A stretch of DNA of 64,000 bases from an uncultured Clostridia bacterium (GTDB lineage: Bacteria; Bacillota; Clostridia; TANB77; CAG-508), in contig CAUWAM010000002.1 of assembly GCA_963556825.1 (NCBI GenBank), positions 53,135 through 117,134 of the forward strand. Direction: 5' to 3'. This document shows, piece by piece, positions 26,515 through 36,890 of the stretch; the first letter of the stretch is position 1; each line of letters starts with the position of its first letter. Below the pieces are notes generated by a model. That model had not been told where the DNA came from, ran no database searches, and was given only the letters and a program-made list of their open reading frames with translations. Position numbers and translations under genes: made by a program.

Positions 26515-28497
26515 CTATTCTTTATTTTTTTCTTCTTTTTTTGGTAAAAAGCTACTTATCTTGTACTTGTCTAAAATAATTCCTAAGCTATTAGAAAATT
26601 CTTTAAGCATAACAATTTTTATTGATTGATCTTTTCCTTTTAAATAGTCATCTATAACTTGTTTTAATAGTTTAATATTTTTCATTTCAGGTTCTATTTG
26701 TCTTGTATATTCTTCTGATCTTTTTAATAATTTTTCTTTTATTAAAACTATATCTTCATTACTTGCACAGGAAATTCTTTGGAATAATTGATATACATCG
26801 TAATATTTAAATATTGGTATGTCCATACACTCTCTATCAAATTTTTCATAGAATTCTTCCATTCTCATAGGAATACATTTAAATATTAATTCAGCTTTTT
26901 CTTTATACATTTTATCTAATAATTGATTATTTAGTATGTGAAAATGTTTTATTATTTCATCCATGTCTTCTTCAAATTGTTCTATGGCAATTTTTGATAA
27001 TTCATCTTCAACATTTGCACAATATTTTGACTTTAAAGATGATATATTCATACCATTAAAAAACACACTTTTTAATGTTTTTATATCATAATCTATAAGC
27101 CCTTTTCTTGAGAAATAGCTAAAATATGCATAAATTTTCACAGTATCAATAAGTTCTATATTTCCTTGATTTACTTCTTCTAGTACCTCTTTTATAACTT
27201 TTCCAAATTCATCATCAGATATTTTCCAGTACTCTTCTGTAAGTAGTCTCTTATATCCAGGTAGATTTTCTGTATCTACTGTATTTCTTATAGTTTCCAT
27301 ATTTTCTTTAAATAATTTCATATCAAATATTCTTGTCCTTACATAATATTCAATAAATTTAAAGAATCTATATTCTGCTTTAAAATTGTAATAATAATTA
27401 TTGTCAAATTCTTTTATATAAAATTGTCTGTTATCCATTAATATTCTTGATGATACTAATAATGATTTATATTCTTCATTATCTTTTACATTTATAAATT
27501 TGTCCTTTGTTATTTTTCCTGCTTTTATTTCAAATGAAATAGCTATTGTAAATATAAGCATTGTTTGCATTATTCTATTATTTATATTTGGATAATTCTT
27601 TTCTACCATTTCATATATTTTTTGAAAATCATTTAATGCGTGTTTTAAAATCCTTAAGTTTCTTGTTCCACTTCTTTCAAATGTTAATATAATTAATCTT
27701 GTATTTTCCCTTAAAAATCTTATTAACTCTGGGTCATTTTCATATCTCATCAAAATTCCATTAATTATATAATCAAATTTTGGAGCATATTCAAATGTTT
27801 CGCCAATTAATTTTTCTTTAATTCTTTCATAATCATTTGCTTTATCAAAAACATGCTCAATTTTATTTTGAATTTTTTCAACCATTGGTTTATCTGTTGT
27901 GTTTAATTCTCCTTGCTTGTCTAATAGATATGTCGCAATAAAAGTTTTCATTTCTAAGTTAGAGCTTTTTAATTTAGTTGATAATTCTTTTTCATTACAT
28001 ATAATAATTGTTTTTATGTGGTCATGTTCAACAAAGTTATTTATATACCCCAAAATATCTATAACATCAACATTTGCTCTTTCTAAGTCATCAAAACATA
28101 AAACTTTGTCATCTGTTGAAAAAAATTCCCCGTAATTTAATTTATCTCCATTTTGTGTTACACCGAAAAAATTTGCCATGTCTAATCCTGTTTTTGCATA
28201 TTCTGGTATTGTTGTCTGACCCGTTTGTTCCATGAATTTCCTTAAATTTTTGTCCATTAATTGAGTTGTTTCTATAAATATTTTTTTGCTTATATCTTCT
28301 AAGTTTGAAATTCCATACAAGGACATGTAAATAGTTGTATATCTTTTACCATTTAATTGCATTGTTTCTATTTTTTTTCTAATTTTGTTATTCCAAAAAT
28401 GAGTTTTTCCAACACCCCATTCTCCGTTTATCATTATCGCATAATCTGTATAATCAGACCTTACATAATCTAATATGCTTTCAACTAAATCTTCCAT
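26515..28497 (-). CDS. KAP-family P-loop NTPase
   Basis: Walker A NGEWGVGKTHFW. Walker B-like VLCFDDLER. About 660 aa. ggagg RBS before MEDLVESI. Confidence 0.75.
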   Translation of the reverse strand: MEDLVESILDYVRSDYTDYAIMINGEWGVGKTHFWNNKIRKKIETMQLNGKRYTTIYMSLYGISNLEDISKKIFIETTQLMDKNLRKFMEQTGQTTIPEYAKTGLDMANFFGVTQNGDKLNYGEFFSTDDKVLCFDDLERANVDVIDILGYINNFVEHDHIKTIIICNEKELSTKLKSSNLEMKTFIATYLLDKQGELNTTDKPMVEKIQNKIEHVFDKANDYERIKEKLIGETFEYAPKFDYIINGILMRYENDPELIRFLRENTRLIILTFERSGTRNLRILKHALNDFQKIYEMVEKNYPNINNRIMQTMLIFTIAISFEIKAGKITKDKFINVKDNEEYKSLLVSSRILMDNRQFYIKEFDNNYYYNFKAEYRFFKFIEYYVRTRIFDMKLFKENMETIRNTVDTENLPGYKRLLTEEYWKISDDEFGKVIKEVLEEVNQGNIELIDTVKIYAYFSYFSRKGLIDYDIKTLKSVFFNGMNISSLKSKYCANVEDELSKIAIEQFEEDMDEIIKHFHILNNQLLDKMYKEKAELIFKCIPMRMEEFYEKFDRECMDIPIFKYYDVYQLFQRISCASNEDIVLIKEKLLKRSEEYTRQIEPEMKNIKLLKQVIDDYLKGKDQSIKIVMLKEFSNSLGIILDKYKISSFLPKKEEKNKE

Positions 28498-28584
28498 TTT
28501 ATTACCTCCATGTTCCAAAAGGGACTATTCTTTTTGGGACATTTTTGTCCTACTGTGGAAATGTCTTAATCTTTTGTTTCATAA

Positions 28585-29274
28585 TTAATCTTTGGCCAGT
28601 ACTAATATCCCTATTTTTCTAGGATTCCCTTGTCTTAATATTTTGCTACATTCATTTACTGTGCTTCCTGTCGTATAAATATCATCAATTAATAAAACAT
28701 TTTTATTCTTTATTAATTGTTTATTTTTTAGTTCATAAACTCCTTGTATATTTTGTATTCTATCTTCTTTGTTTAATTTACTTTGTTCTACTATATTTTT
28801 TGTTTTTATTAAGCAATTATTCACTAATTCCAAATTAGTATGTTTTGATATTTCTTTTGTTATTAATAAACTTTGATTATATCCTCTTGTTTTTTGTCTA
28901 TTATTGCTTATTGGAACTGGTATTATTGTATCATAATTTTTCATATTTTCAAATATTTTTTTATTTTTTAATAAAAAAATTGCAAATGTTTTATATAAAT
29001 ATGATTTGTCATTAAATTTATAATCTATTATTAGTTTTCTTATTTGACCTTCATACCTAAATATGTACATTAATTCATTGAAATATTTATCTTCTATTTC
29101 TACACCATCCCTGATTATTTGACTTTCTGATTGTCCATTTAATTTTATTTCACATTTTTTACATAATGAATTTTTATCTATTCTTCCACATATTCCACAC
29201 GTTGGGGGAAAAATTAGATTTGAGACACTTGGGACAGTCTTAATTTGTCTCATATTTTTGTCGAATATTATCAT
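28585..29274 (-). CDS. comFC: ComF family protein (ComFC-like phosphoribosyltransferase)
   Basis: N-terminal CGICG…CKKC zinc finger. PRT motif VLLIDDIYTTGST. The 5' end of the ORF overlaps the left repeat of the transposon unit, so the true start is uncertain. Confidence 0.8.
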   Translation of the reverse strand: MIIFDKNMRQIKTVPSVSNLIFPPTCGICGRIDKNSLCKKCEIKLNGQSESQIIRDGVEIEDKYFNELMYIFRYEGQIRKLIIDYKFNDKSYLYKTFAIFLLKNKKIFENMKNYDTIIPVPISNNRQKTRGYNQSLLITKEISKHTNLELVNNCLIKTKNIVEQSKLNKEDRIQNIQGVYELKNKQLIKNKNVLLIDDIYTTGSTVNECSKILRQGNPRKIGILVLAKD

Positions 29275-30260
29275 TTTTGATTTTTTTCCTTCCTACTTAT
29301 ATAAAATTCCTGCACTTTTATATAATTTCGAAATTTGTTACAATCTTGCTTTATCTTTACTTTAGCTTTCTATATAATTGGGCTCTGCTGATATTTAAGA
29401 TTTTAGCAATGTCTTTCTTTTTAAATTCATATTCATTTGAAATTAGATAAGAAATAAATTGTTTGATTAGTATATTGTCTTTTTGAATTTGATTTAATTT
29501 TATATTTTTTTGAATTAAAAAATTTTCTAGTACTTCTTCTAGATTAATATTATTTTTGTCTAAATTTAAAGGTTCATAATTAATAGATTTAATTATTTTA
29601 ACATAATCTTTTTCGTCATTAAAAATAATTTTTAATACATTTTCATTAACATTTCCTCTTTTATTTATATAATCTTTGTATGATGAAAATTTATACTCTT
29701 GCTCATTCTTTGATATTCCAGCTTTTACTGGGTTCATATGTATATATTTTATACATTTAAATAAATATTCTTTATTATAAATTGCTTTTGAGTTAAACCT
29801 ATTTCTAAAAACATATCCTACCCTGTTTTTTGTTTTATTGTAATGAATTGCATATTCTGTATTTGTTTCTTTCATAAATAAACTTATATTTTGTATATTT
29901 TCTGAAAATGTTAATATATGTGCATGATTATCCATTATACAATATGATATTATTAAAATTGAATATTTTTCACTGTATTTTTTCATTAATTCAATATATT
30001 TGCACTTTTCACTTTCACTTTCAAAAATATATTCTTTGTTAATACCTTGAACCAAATTATGAATAAATGCACTACCTATTAGTTTTCTTGATTTTCTTGG
30101 CAATATTTGTACCTCCTTAAAATATTTTATACTACTATAGTATATAACATTGTTATGTATTATAGTATATTTTTTATGTTAATTCAAGTATATTTCATCG
30201 CATTTTTCGACCTTATTCAACATGAAAAATGAGACAATTTAGGACTGTCCCAAATGTCTC
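29221..30260. mobile_element. REPtron-like unit: Y1 transposase flanked by a 30-bp inverted palindromic repeat
   Basis: 29221-29250 gagacacttgggacagtcttaatttgtctc versus the reverse complement of 30231-30260 gagacatttgggacagtcctaaattgtctc (27/30 identical). Each copy is internally palindromic (gagaca…tgtctc). Confidence 0.6.
29357..30103 (-). CDS. IS200-like / REP-associated tyrosine (Y1, HUH) transposase with C-terminal HTH
   Basis: HUH motif MDNHAHIL, catalytic-Tyr region YIHMNPVKAG, C-terminal DIAKILNISRAQLYRKL. Confidence 0.8.
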   Translation of the reverse strand: MPRKSRKLIGSAFIHNLVQGINKEYIFESESEKCKYIELMKKYSEKYSILIISYCIMDNHAHILTFSENIQNISLFMKETNTEYAIHYNKTKNRVGYVFRNRFNSKAIYNKEYLFKCIKYIHMNPVKAGISKNEQEYKFSSYKDYINKRGNVNENVLKIIFNDEKDYVKIIKSINYEPLNLDKNNINLEEVLENFLIQKNIKLNQIQKDNILIKQFISYLISNEYEFKKKDIAKILNISRAQLYRKLK

Positions 30261-30265
30261 ATTTT
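30227..30265 (-). terminator. recD2 terminator (coincides with the right repeat)
   Basis: 11-bp perfect stem aaaatgagaca/tgtctcatttt followed by a T run on the minus strand. Confidence 0.6.
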
Positions 30266-32474
30266 AAATTCCAAGCCTGTGTTTCTTTTTTTGCTATCAA
30301 CATTTTGAATCATATAATTTACTACTCTATCACTTCCAATTATAATTAATAACTTCTTAGCTCTTGTGATTCCCGTATATAGTAAATTTCTAGTTAATAG
30401 CATCGGAGTTGATTGTGGAGCTAGCATTATTACTACATCAAATTCACTTCCGTTGTGCTTTATGTATTGTTATTGCATAGCTATGTTCTATTTGTTCAAG
30501 ATCCGTATATTCATACCATGCAACTTTTTCATCATCAAATTGTATTTTTATAACTTTTTCTTTTTCATCAATTTCTATTATTGTTCCAATTTCTCCATTA
30601 AATACTCCTGTTCCCAAATCAATTTTTCCGTCTTTTTCCTTTTCCCATGTAATGTCATAATTGTTTTTTACTTGCATTACTCTATCTCCGATTCTATATG
30701 TTACACCTCCACTTGTTTTTTCTGGTAATTCTTCTAAATTTGGATTTAAAACTGATTGTAATGCTCTATTTAGTTCTCTCGTCCCTAATGGTCCTTTTTT
30801 TGTTGGTGTTAATACTTGTATATTTCTGAAAAAGTCATAATTTCCAAATTTCTCTAATCTTCCTGTTGATAAACTTATTACTTCTTGTAATATTTTTTCT
30901 GTCAAGTTTTGCTTTATGAAAAAGAAGTCTTCTTTTGTGTCTTCTTCTAAATCTTCATCTCCATTTTTAATAAATTCTAATCCATTATTTACTCTATGAG
31001 CATTTAGAATAATTTTACTTTTTGCAGCTTGCCTAAAAATCTTGTCCAATTTAACAGTATTTATTACTTCAGAATTTATTAAATCTTTTAATACACTTCC
31101 TGGTCCTACTGATGGTAATTGATCAATGTCTCCTACTAATATTAATTTTGTACCTTGATATATACATTTTAATAAATAATTTATTACAAACATATCTACC
31201 ATAGAAAGCTCATCTACAACAATTACATCTGCATCTATTGGTGCTCCCTCATAATTACTATGACTTATATATATTCCATCATCATCTAATTTTCCAAGTC
31301 CTAATAATCTATGTAATGTTGATGCCTCTTTGTCTGTTGCTTCAGTCATTTTTTTTGCTGCTCTTCCTGTTGGAGCTGCAAGTACAACTTTTTTGTTTTT
31401 TTCTTCATATAAATCTATAATTGTTTTTATAATTGTTGTTTTACCTGTTCCTGGTCCACCAGTTATTATTGTAACATTCTTTTCGTTTATTGCTTTTATT
31501 GCTTCTTTTTGTTTTTCTGATAATTCTATTTTTGATTTTTCTTCTACTTTTTTTAACGCTTTGTCTATATGTTCTATTTTTTTCATATTTTTGCTATTAT
31601 CTAATCTAATTATTCTTTTTGCAATTTCTTCTTCTACTTTATAAAAATTGTATAGATAAATCCATTCTATTCCATCTCTTTTTTCTATAACAATTTCTTC
31701 TTTTGCTTTTAGTCCTATTAACTTATCTTCTATACATTCTATCGTTACATCTAATAATGTTATTACAAATTCAATTAGATTTTCTTTTATAACACATGAA
31801 TGTCCATTATAAGTTGCTTTAATTAATGCATATTTTATACCACTCTCTACTCTTTTTTGGTTTTCATAGCTTATTCCTAAATTTAATGCCATTGAATCTA
31901 TTTGCTTAAAATCTACTCCTCTTGCTATATCTATTAAAACATATGGATTTTCTTCGATTTTTTCTATTGCATTAACCCCTAAAAGATTATAAACTTTTTT
32001 GGCATGTTCTGCTCCTATTTTAAATCTTTCTAAAAATCCAACAATTTGCCACACTTCCCAATTTTCTAAAAAGCTATGTGACATTTCTATTGCCTTGTTT
32101 TTTGTTATTCCTTTTATTTCAGCTAGTTTTTCTGGTTCAAATTTGAATACATTAATTGTATCTTCTCCAAATTTTTTAATAATTTTTTTTGCTGTTACTT
32201 CTCCAATTCCTCTTACATTACCATTCCCTAAATATCTTTCTAATGCTGATAATGTTTCTGGCATTATTTTTTCAAATGTATCAACTTTAAATTGTCTACC
32301 ATAATCTTTATGTTCAACAAATTTTCCAATTAATTTTAGAGTATCACCACTTGTTATAAATGGTAGATACCCTACTATTGTTAATAATTCGTCCTCAGTT
32401 TCAAATGTTGATATTGTATAGCTATTTATTTCATTTTGATATATTATGTCTGCTACTTCGCCTTTGATTTCCAA
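30239..32474 (-). pseudogene. recD2: RecD2-type ATP-dependent DNA helicase, frameshifted near C-terminus
   Basis: Walker A GGPGTGKTT. …AITIHKAQ then RK*. Removing one base (g at 30452) restores QGSEFDVVIMLAPQSTPMLLTRNLLYTGITRAKK…. Confidence 0.85.
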
Positions 32475-32498
32475 TGTTTTCTCTCCTATTTATTTTTA

Positions 32499-33776
32499 TT
32501 AGAATATTCTTAAAATATCATTGTATGTGATATATAATGATAATGCGATTAACAATGAAAATCCTATTAATTGTATATTTATTTCTGTTTTTTCATTTAA
32601 TGGTTTTCTACGAATCGCTTCTATTATAAGTAATAATATTTTTCCTCCATCTAGTGCTGGAATTGGTAACAAATTTGTAACACCTAATGATAAAGATATT
32701 AGTGCTAACATATATACAAATTCTCTAAATCCATTTGTTTTTGCTACAACTTCTGAAATTCCAACAGGTCCCATCATTTGGTCTATACTAACTCCTCCTG
32801 TAAACAACATTTTTATATTATCTAAAATTGAAAATGCAAATTTTTTAGTTTCCATTCCTCCATATATTATGTGATTTATGAAATTTTTATCTGATTGTTT
32901 TAATGTAACTCCTAAATAATATGAAGATACATAGTCTGGTGTTAGTTCTATTGTTATTTCTTCTTTGTTTCTTTGAAGTGTTAAAGTCATTGTGTTTAAT
33001 CCTTTTTCTTGCATAATTTCTACTAATTTGTTGACATCTCCATTTATGTCTTCCCCATTAATTTTAATTATTTTGTCATTTGATTTTATTCCTTGTTTTT
33101 CTGCTGAACTTCCTTTTTCAACAGATAATATTTTACAATTATTATCTAAATACATTCCTGTACTTTTATTTTTTATTTCTGTAGGTTTTATATTATATTC
33201 TAATATTTCATTATTTCTTTTTATTTTAATATTTACAATTTCTCCATTGGATTCTTCCATAACTGAATTTAAGTCATTTTTGCTTTTTATTTTTTTACCA
33301 TCTAATTCAATTATTTTATCTCCTTGATTAATCCCTATTTCTTCTGCAACATAATCATTTATTGTTCCATCAACTTCATTTGTTATATAAGTATTAGAAC
33401 TTGACATTAAAACGAAATATACTACAAGACCAAATATAATATTTACTGTTGCTCCTGCTAATACTATTGCAATTCTTTTTGGAATACTTGCTTTTGAAAA
33501 AGAACCTTCATTTTCTGATCTTTCTTCTTCACCTTCCATACTACAAAATCCACCTAATGGTATTAATCTTAATGCATATTTTGTTTCTTTCCCTTGTTTT
33601 TTCCATATTGTTGGTCCAAAACCAATCGCGAATTCATTTACTTTTACCTTACACAATTTTGCAACTATTAAATGTCCTGCTTCATGAATTAATATTAAAA
33701 ATCCTAATAAAAATATTATTTTTATGGCTGATATTATTATTGTCAAATTTCCTTCCTCCTTTAACACTTTTAACAA
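32499..33776 (-). CDS. rseP: RIP site-2 metalloprotease RseP/RasP
   Basis: HEAGH motif, PDZ region, C-terminal NLLPIPALDGG. Confidence 0.85.
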   Translation of the reverse strand: MLKVLKEEGNLTIIISAIKIIFLLGFLILIHEAGHLIVAKLCKVKVNEFAIGFGPTIWKKQGKETKYALRLIPLGGFCSMEGEEERSENEGSFSKASIPKRIAIVLAGATVNIIFGLVVYFVLMSSSNTYITNEVDGTINDYVAEEIGINQGDKIIELDGKKIKSKNDLNSVMEESNGEIVNIKIKRNNEILEYNIKPTEIKNKSTGMYLDNNCKILSVEKGSSAEKQGIKSNDKIIKINGEDINGDVNKLVEIMQEKGLNTMTLTLQRNKEEITIELTPDYVSSYYLGVTLKQSDKNFINHIIYGGMETKKFAFSILDNIKMLFTGGVSIDQMMGPVGISEVVAKTNGFREFVYMLALISLSLGVTNLLPIPALDGGKILLLIIEAIRRKPLNEKTEINIQLIGFSLLIALSLYITYNDILRIF

Positions 33777-33815
33777 AAGAAGGATTATTAGACCTTCTCT
33801 ATGTAATCCCTCTTT

Positions 33816-34628
33816 TTAAAGTATTATAAATAATAAATAAGCAAATGGTGCTAAAAATAATACGCTATCAATTCTATCTAACATTCCACCATGTCCTGGT
33901 AATAAATTGCTATAATCTTTTATATCAACATATCTTTTTATACAAGATGCTGAAAAATCTCCTATTTGTCCAATTAAACTTAATACAATTCCTATTATTA
34001 TAATATAAATATATGAATAATTAAATTGGAAATATGTATTTAATATGAAAGTATATAATATCATTATTAAAACTGCACCAATAGTTCCTGCAATACAACC
34101 TTCTATTGATTTTTTAGGGCTTACTTTGCTAAATTTATGTTTTCCAAATTTTTTGCCAATTAAATATGCAAATACATCTGTACCCCATGCTGCTATTAGT
34201 ATATATCCCATTAATAATTTCCCATTTTGCATTGCATCAATTAATGTTAAAAATGATATAAATACTGGAATATAACATATTCCTAAAAGTGTATAACTCA
34301 TATCTTTAAATGATACTTTCATATCTGTTGCTATTATGCTTGCAAATAATAATAACATTACCATTGGTAAAAACATCATTATTGATATTAACATATTTTG
34401 TTGTGGTATGACATTAACAATTGCAACTACTAAACAGCTAAGATATGCTACCCATTTTATCGGATTACAAACTTTTGATATTGCTTTTATGTATTCATTC
34501 ATTGCTACTAAAGATATAATTGCAAATATAATTCCAATTATGTATTTATTTGGTATTAAAAACATAATTGCTACTAATATAGCAACTATAAATCCTGATG
34601 TAATTCTTTTTAAATCCATTTTCTTCAT
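33816..34628 (-). CDS. cdsA: phosphatidate cytidylyltransferase
   Basis: Multi-TM protein with GHGGMLDRIDS signature. Confidence 0.85.
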   Translation of the reverse strand: MKKMDLKRITSGFIVAILVAIMFLIPNKYIIGIIFAIISLVAMNEYIKAISKVCNPIKWVAYLSCLVVAIVNVIPQQNMLISIMMFLPMVMLLLFASIIATDMKVSFKDMSYTLLGICYIPVFISFLTLIDAMQNGKLLMGYILIAAWGTDVFAYLIGKKFGKHKFSKVSPKKSIEGCIAGTIGAVLIMILYTFILNTYFQFNYSYIYIIIIGIVLSLIGQIGDFSASCIKRYVDIKDYSNLLPGHGGMLDRIDSVLFLAPFAYLLFIIL

Positions 34629-34648
34629 TCCTTTGTTTTTTATTTTTA

Positions 34649-35356
34649 CTATTTTGCTCCAAATTTTCTATTTCTGTGTTGATATATTTTTATAGCTTCT
34701 TCTAAATCTTCTTCCTTAAATTCTGGCCAATATTTTTCTATAAATAAAAATTCTGAATATACTAATTGCCAAGGTAAGAAATTGCTTAATCTTATTTCTC
34801 CACTTGTTCTTATTAATAAATCTGGGTCTGGTTGACCTTGGGTATATAAATAATTAGAAATTGTTTCTTCTGTTATATTATCTATATTTAATTTATTTTC
34901 TTGTACTTGTTCAACTATATTTTTTATAGCTTTTAAAATTTCATCTCTTCCACCATAATTTAATGCTATATTGAAAGTAATTCCAGTATTATCTTTTGTT
35001 CTTTCCATACATTTTGAAATACTATTTTTCATTTTTTCAGATAATCCATCTCTACTTCCAATTATTTTTACTTTTATATTTTCAGAATCTGCTCTTTTAC
35101 TATAATCATCTAAATAACTTTGGAATAATGACATTAAAGTTTTAACTTCCTCTTCTGCTCTTTTCCAATTTTCTGTTGAAAAAGCATATACTGTTATATA
35201 TTTTATTCCTCTTTTATTTGCATATCTTACTATTTTTTCTAGTGTTTTTGCTCCTTCTTTATGTCCAAAACTTACTGGCATTCCTTTTTCTTTAGCCCAT
35301 CTTCTATTTCCATCCATTATAATTGCTATATGTTTTGGTAAATTCTCTTGTTCCAT
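34649..35356 (-). CDS. uppS: undecaprenyl-diphosphate synthase
   Basis: HIAIIMDGNRRWA and RTSGEIRLSNFLPWQ motifs. Start at MEQENL has an RBS. Confidence 0.9.
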   Translation of the reverse strand: MEQENLPKHIAIIMDGNRRWAKEKGMPVSFGHKEGAKTLEKIVRYANKRGIKYITVYAFSTENWKRAEEEVKTLMSLFQSYLDDYSKRADSENIKVKIIGSRDGLSEKMKNSISKCMERTKDNTGITFNIALNYGGRDEILKAIKNIVEQVQENKLNIDNITEETISNYLYTQGQPDPDLLIRTSGEIRLSNFLPWQLVYSEFLFIEKYWPEFKEEDLEEAIKIYQHRNRKFGAK

Positions 35357-35394
35357 TTTGCCCCCTATCAATAGCTTCAAAAATTTGATAACTA

Positions 35395-36285
35395 TTATTT
35401 GTTTCTTTCTTTAATATATATTGCAAGTTGTTTTAAAAATTCTGCTTTTTCTCCATATTGTTCTAATTCTTCTATTGCTTCTTTTGTTATTTTATCTAAC
35501 TCAAGTTTTGCACCTTCTAAGCCAAATTGAGATACATATGTACATTTTCCTAGTTCTTTATCATTCCCAACTGGTTTACCTGTTATTTGTGAATCTCCCT
35601 CTTCTGATAAAATATCATCTTTTATTTGAAATGCCAATCCTATTTTATCAGCATATATAGAAAGTTTTTTAATATCTTCTTCACTTGCCCCTGCAATAAT
35701 TGCCCCCATTCTTACACAAAGTTTTAGTAATGCACCTGTTTTATTAACATGTATATATTCTAATACTTCTTGTGATATTTGTTTTCCCTCTAATTCTGTG
35801 TCAATATATTCTCCTGCAATCATTCTATCAACTGCTTTTGAAAACTCATTAAAAGCTCTTACTTTATTATTCAAATCTTGTGAATCTATATCTTTTAAAA
35901 GTTCATTACTTATTACAATATATGCTTGGTTTAATAATCCATCGCCTGCAAGAATTGCTGTTGCTTCATTAAATTTTTTATGGTTTGTCAATTTTCCATG
36001 TCTAAAATCATCATTATCTATTCCTGGTAAATCATCATGAATAAGTGAAAAATTATGTACCATTTCTATTGCCATTGCATATGACATACATTTTTCATAG
36101 TCTTTTTTAAATAATTCGTATGTTGCAATTACTAAAATTGGTCTTAATCTTTTCCCTCCTGCCATTAAGCTATATTCCATTGATTCATTTAATGTTTGCT
36201 CTGGACAATTTTCTTTTTTAATATATTTTTCTAATTGCTTATTTACTATTTCTTGATACTTTTTTAAATTTTCTTTAAATTCCAT
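35395..36285 (-). CDS. ispA: polyprenyl (farnesyl/geranylgeranyl) diphosphate synthase
   Basis: FARM motif HDDLPGIDNDDFRHG and second Asp-rich motif KDDILS. Confidence 0.8.
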   Translation of the reverse strand: MEFKENLKKYQEIVNKQLEKYIKKENCPEQTLNESMEYSLMAGGKRLRPILVIATYELFKKDYEKCMSYAMAIEMVHNFSLIHDDLPGIDNDDFRHGKLTNHKKFNEATAILAGDGLLNQAYIVISNELLKDIDSQDLNNKVRAFNEFSKAVDRMIAGEYIDTELEGKQISQEVLEYIHVNKTGALLKLCVRMGAIIAGASEEDIKKLSIYADKIGLAFQIKDDILSEEGDSQITGKPVGNDKELGKCTYVSQFGLEGAKLELDKITKEAIEELEQYGEKAEFLKQLAIYIKERNK

Positions 36286-36325
36286 TTTGATAGCATGTTA
36301 GTTTAACTAACATTCCCCTTTCTTA

Positions 36326-36874
36326 CTATACTGACATCACTTCTTTTTCTTTATCTGCTAAAATTTTATCTATTTCTTCAACACTTTTATCTGTTAATTT
36401 TTGAATTTCATTTTCAGCTTGTTTTAATTCATCTTCTGTCATATTTCCTTCTTTTTGTTCTGCTTTTGCTGTTTCAATTCCATCTCTTCTAACTGCTCTT
36501 ACAGCTACTTTGGCTTCTTCTGCCATTTTTTTAATATCTTTTACTAAATCTTTTCTTCTTTCTTCAGTTAATTCAGGGAAAGCTAGTCTTATTACTTTTC
36601 CATCATTATTTGGATTAATTCCTATATCTGATGCTAAAATTGCTTTTTCGATTTCTTTTAACACGCTCATATCCCATGGTTGAATAACAATTAACCTAGC
36701 TTCTGGTACAGAAACTCCTGCTACTTGATTTATTGGTGTTGGCGTTCCATAATAATCTATTTTTACTTTATTTAATATCGCTGGGTTTGCCCTTCCAGCT
36801 CTAACCTCTGCTAATTTCTCACTATATACGTTTATTGTTTTATTCATCTTTTCTTTTATATTTGTATAATCCAT
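36326..36874 (-). CDS. frr: ribosome recycling factor
   Basis: 182 aa; typical frr sequence (…LAEVRAGRANPAIL…). Confidence 0.95.
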   Translation of the reverse strand: MDYTNIKEKMNKTINVYSEKLAEVRAGRANPAILNKVKIDYYGTPTPINQVAGVSVPEARLIVIQPWDMSVLKEIEKAILASDIGINPNNDGKVIRLAFPELTEERRKDLVKDIKKMAEEAKVAVRAVRRDGIETAKAEQKEGNMTEDELKQAENEIQKLTDKSVEEIDKILADKEKEVMSV

Positions 36875-36890
36875 AATATTTCTCTCCTTT

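Noticed and set aside
29357-30103. Could this be the reverse transcriptase for the putative DGR?
   Set aside because: It has the HUH/Y1 transposase motifs and no RT motifs (no YxDD). No ORF in the window resembles an RT or Avd, and no TR-like copy of either GC-rich patch was found by eye.
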